Shown here: positions 1 to 233 of the stretch, in pieces
Layout: each line of letters begins with the position of its first letter
How positions within the stretch are numbered: position 1 is the first letter of the stretch
Source of the DNA: a phage
Direction: 5' to 3' (one strand)
DNA length: 233 bases
Sequence record: X15715.1
Program-made: the position numbers and the translations under genes
Notes under the pieces: model-generated
Database searches by the model: none
What the model was told of the DNA's origin: nothing
Seen by the model: only the letters and a program-made list of their open reading frames with translations

Positions 1-1
1 G

Positions 2-70
2 ATTTGTTCTAGCGCTAAATGGACCTCCGGTCGTGTGATTGGTACCATCGCTACGACTCAGGTTATTCAT
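2..70 (-). CDS. Alternative reading: 5' start of a - strand gene (ATG at 70-68, continues beyond window start); mutually exclusive with the + strand CDS at 2-100
   Basis: The - strand frame is open from a TAG (complement of 155-157) across 154 down to 2 and off the window. In-frame ATG at 70-68 is preceded by GAAGGA (complement of 81-86) about 10 nt upstream. Translation from the ATG is [23 protein letters not shown]..., polar and low-complexity, with several codons that are rare in enterobacteria (aga, gga, agt, aca). I rank it below the + strand reading. Confidence 0.2.
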
Positions 71-100
71 GAATACCAAGTCCTTCAGCCGCTTAAATAA
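2..100 (+). CDS. 3' end of a protein-coding gene (partial, start lies upstream of window); product unknown
   Basis: Frame 2 is open from the window edge to TAA at 98-100 (32 sense codons, translation [32 protein letters not shown]). Codon choice (ggt x2, cgt, ccg, cag x2, gaa, acc x2, atc, gct x2; no aga/agg/ata/cta) looks like genuine coding in an enterobacterial-type genome. Too short to name a product. Mutually exclusive with the antisense ORF listed below. Confidence 0.4.
64..75. repeat. Perfect 12-bp palindrome TATTCATGAATA (candidate protein-binding site or chance)
   Basis: Positions 64-75 read identically on both strands. The site lies inside the + frame-2 ORF and overlaps the ATG of the alternative - strand ORF. 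It does not match any operator consensus I can name with confidence. Confidence 0.25.
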
Positions 101-127
101 AAGGCTGCCGCACTCCCGGTTAGATGC

Positions 128-145
128 CTGCCCAGTGTAGGGCAG
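128..145 (+). other. Inverted repeat / predicted RNA stem-loop (6-bp stem, 6-nt loop)
   Basis: CTGCCC (128-133) is the exact reverse complement of GGGCAG (140-145); loop is agtgta. No U-run follows on either strand, so it is not called as an intrinsic terminator. Confidence 0.45.
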
Positions 146-164
146 ACCGATAAACTAGGAACGT

Positions 165-185
165 GGAAGGCGTTAGCCGCCTTCC
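165..185 (+). other. Inverted repeat / predicted stable RNA stem-loop (8-bp stem, 5-nt loop)
   Basis: GGAAGGCG (165-172) is the exact reverse complement of CGCCTTCC (178-185); loop is ttagc; 6 of 8 pairs are G:C. It is followed on + by CUCCUGCUAAGCCC, not a U-tract, and on - by ACGUUCCUAGUUUAUCG, only weakly U-rich. Function unknown (leader structure, processing or stability element, or protein binding site). Confidence 0.5.
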
Positions 186-202
186 CTCCTGCTAAGCCCA
201 AA

Positions 203-208
203 AAGGAG
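203..208 (+). promoter_or_regulatory. Shine-Dalgarno ribosome-binding site for the CDS starting at 217
   Basis: AAGGAG matches the core of the canonical SD (complementary to the 16S 3' end CCUCCU) at near-optimal 8-nt spacing from ATG, with an A-rich tract (aaaa, 200-203/204) immediately upstream. Confidence 0.55.
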
Positions 209-216
209 TTACAGCG

Positions 217-233
217 ATGTTAGGTGCCGTTGT
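217..233 (+). CDS. 5' start of a protein-coding gene (partial, continues beyond window); product unknown
   Basis: ATG at 217-219 preceded by AAGGAG at 203-208 with an 8-nt spacer (ttacagcg). The frame is open to the window end (M L G A V ...). Only 5 codons are visible, so the call rests on the RBS/start geometry alone. Confidence 0.5.

Noticed and set aside
17-40. A vague resemblance of the K-W-T-S-G-R peptide segment and surrounding nucleotides to a small ssRNA phage (levivirus) maturation-protein region
   Set aside because: It rests on unreliable recall of a reference sequence, and the ORF ends only about 25 codons later, which does not fit such a gene; it cannot be supported without an actual database search.
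11-46. Short palindromes AGCGCT (11-16) and GGTACC (41-46)
   Set aside because: 6-bp palindromes are expected many times by chance; these are restriction-site-sized and carry no biological inference.
19-72. Short + strand ORF (ATG 19-21 to TGA 70-72, 17 codons)
   Set aside because: No SD upstream, lies entirely inside the better-supported frame-2 ORF, and is too short to support.
69-140. Short + strand ORF in frame 3 (ATG 69-71 to TAG 138-140, 23 codons, [23 protein letters not shown])
   Set aside because: Only a weak AGG upstream; the ATG is part of the palindrome and probably incidental; spans the stop of the upstream ORF; nothing beyond an open frame supports it.
124-153. Mini-ORF ATG 124-126 to TAA 151-153 (9 codons) as a possible leader peptide
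   Set aside because: No RBS, and it overlaps hairpin 1 without any attenuator-like terminator downstream; most likely chance.
151-156. Sigma-70 -10-like hexamer TAAACT as a promoter for the 217 gene
   Set aside because: Only 4/6 match to TATAAT and no acceptable -35 at 16-18 bp spacing (the region is CTGCCC/TGCCCA); too weak to report as a feature.
128-185. The two GC-rich stem-loops as rho-independent terminators
   Set aside because: Neither is followed by a U-tract on the + strand, and the - strand flank of the 165-185 hairpin is only weakly U-rich; they do not meet the standard stem-plus-U-run criterion.
165-185. REP/BIME-type repetitive extragenic palindrome
   Set aside because: The stem sequence (GGAAGGCG/CGCCTTCC) does not resemble the enterobacterial REP consensus as I recall it, and a single copy in one window cannot establish a repeat family.
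119-228. Three copies of GTTAG-NN-GCC (119-128 gttagatgcc, 172-181 gttagccgcc, 219-228 gttaggtgcc), the first and third exactly 100 bp apart
   Set aside because: By my rough estimate a 9/10 match between two 10-mers is expected about once by chance in a window this size; without more copies or conservation it is not evidence of a repeat family or binding-site array.
1-233. CRISPR array, tRNA/rRNA gene, insertion-sequence ends, integron or toxin-antitoxin signatures
   Set aside because: No direct repeats of CRISPR size and spacing, no tRNA cloverleaf-compatible segment, no terminal inverted repeats flanking an ORF; the window is too short and shows none of these patterns.

Overview
233-bp window, about 51% GC. 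Best reading: the 3' end of a + strand CDS (frame 2, open from the window edge to TAA at 98-100), a 116-nt structured spacer (101-216) with two GC-rich stem-loops, then the 5' start of a second + strand CDS (ATG 217-219) behind a strong Shine-Dalgarno (AAGGAG 203-208, 8-nt spacer). No tRNA, rRNA, CRISPR repeats or mobile-element termini are recognisable. Nothing here can be assigned to a known or novel biological system from sequence alone; only about 32 and 5 codons of the two genes are visible, so products cannot be named without a database search. The signals worth a second look are regulatory: a CUCCU anti-SD-like tract positioned to pair with the SD, a perfect 12-bp palindrome, an open frame that runs through the spacer, and a competing antisense ORF that cannot be excluded.
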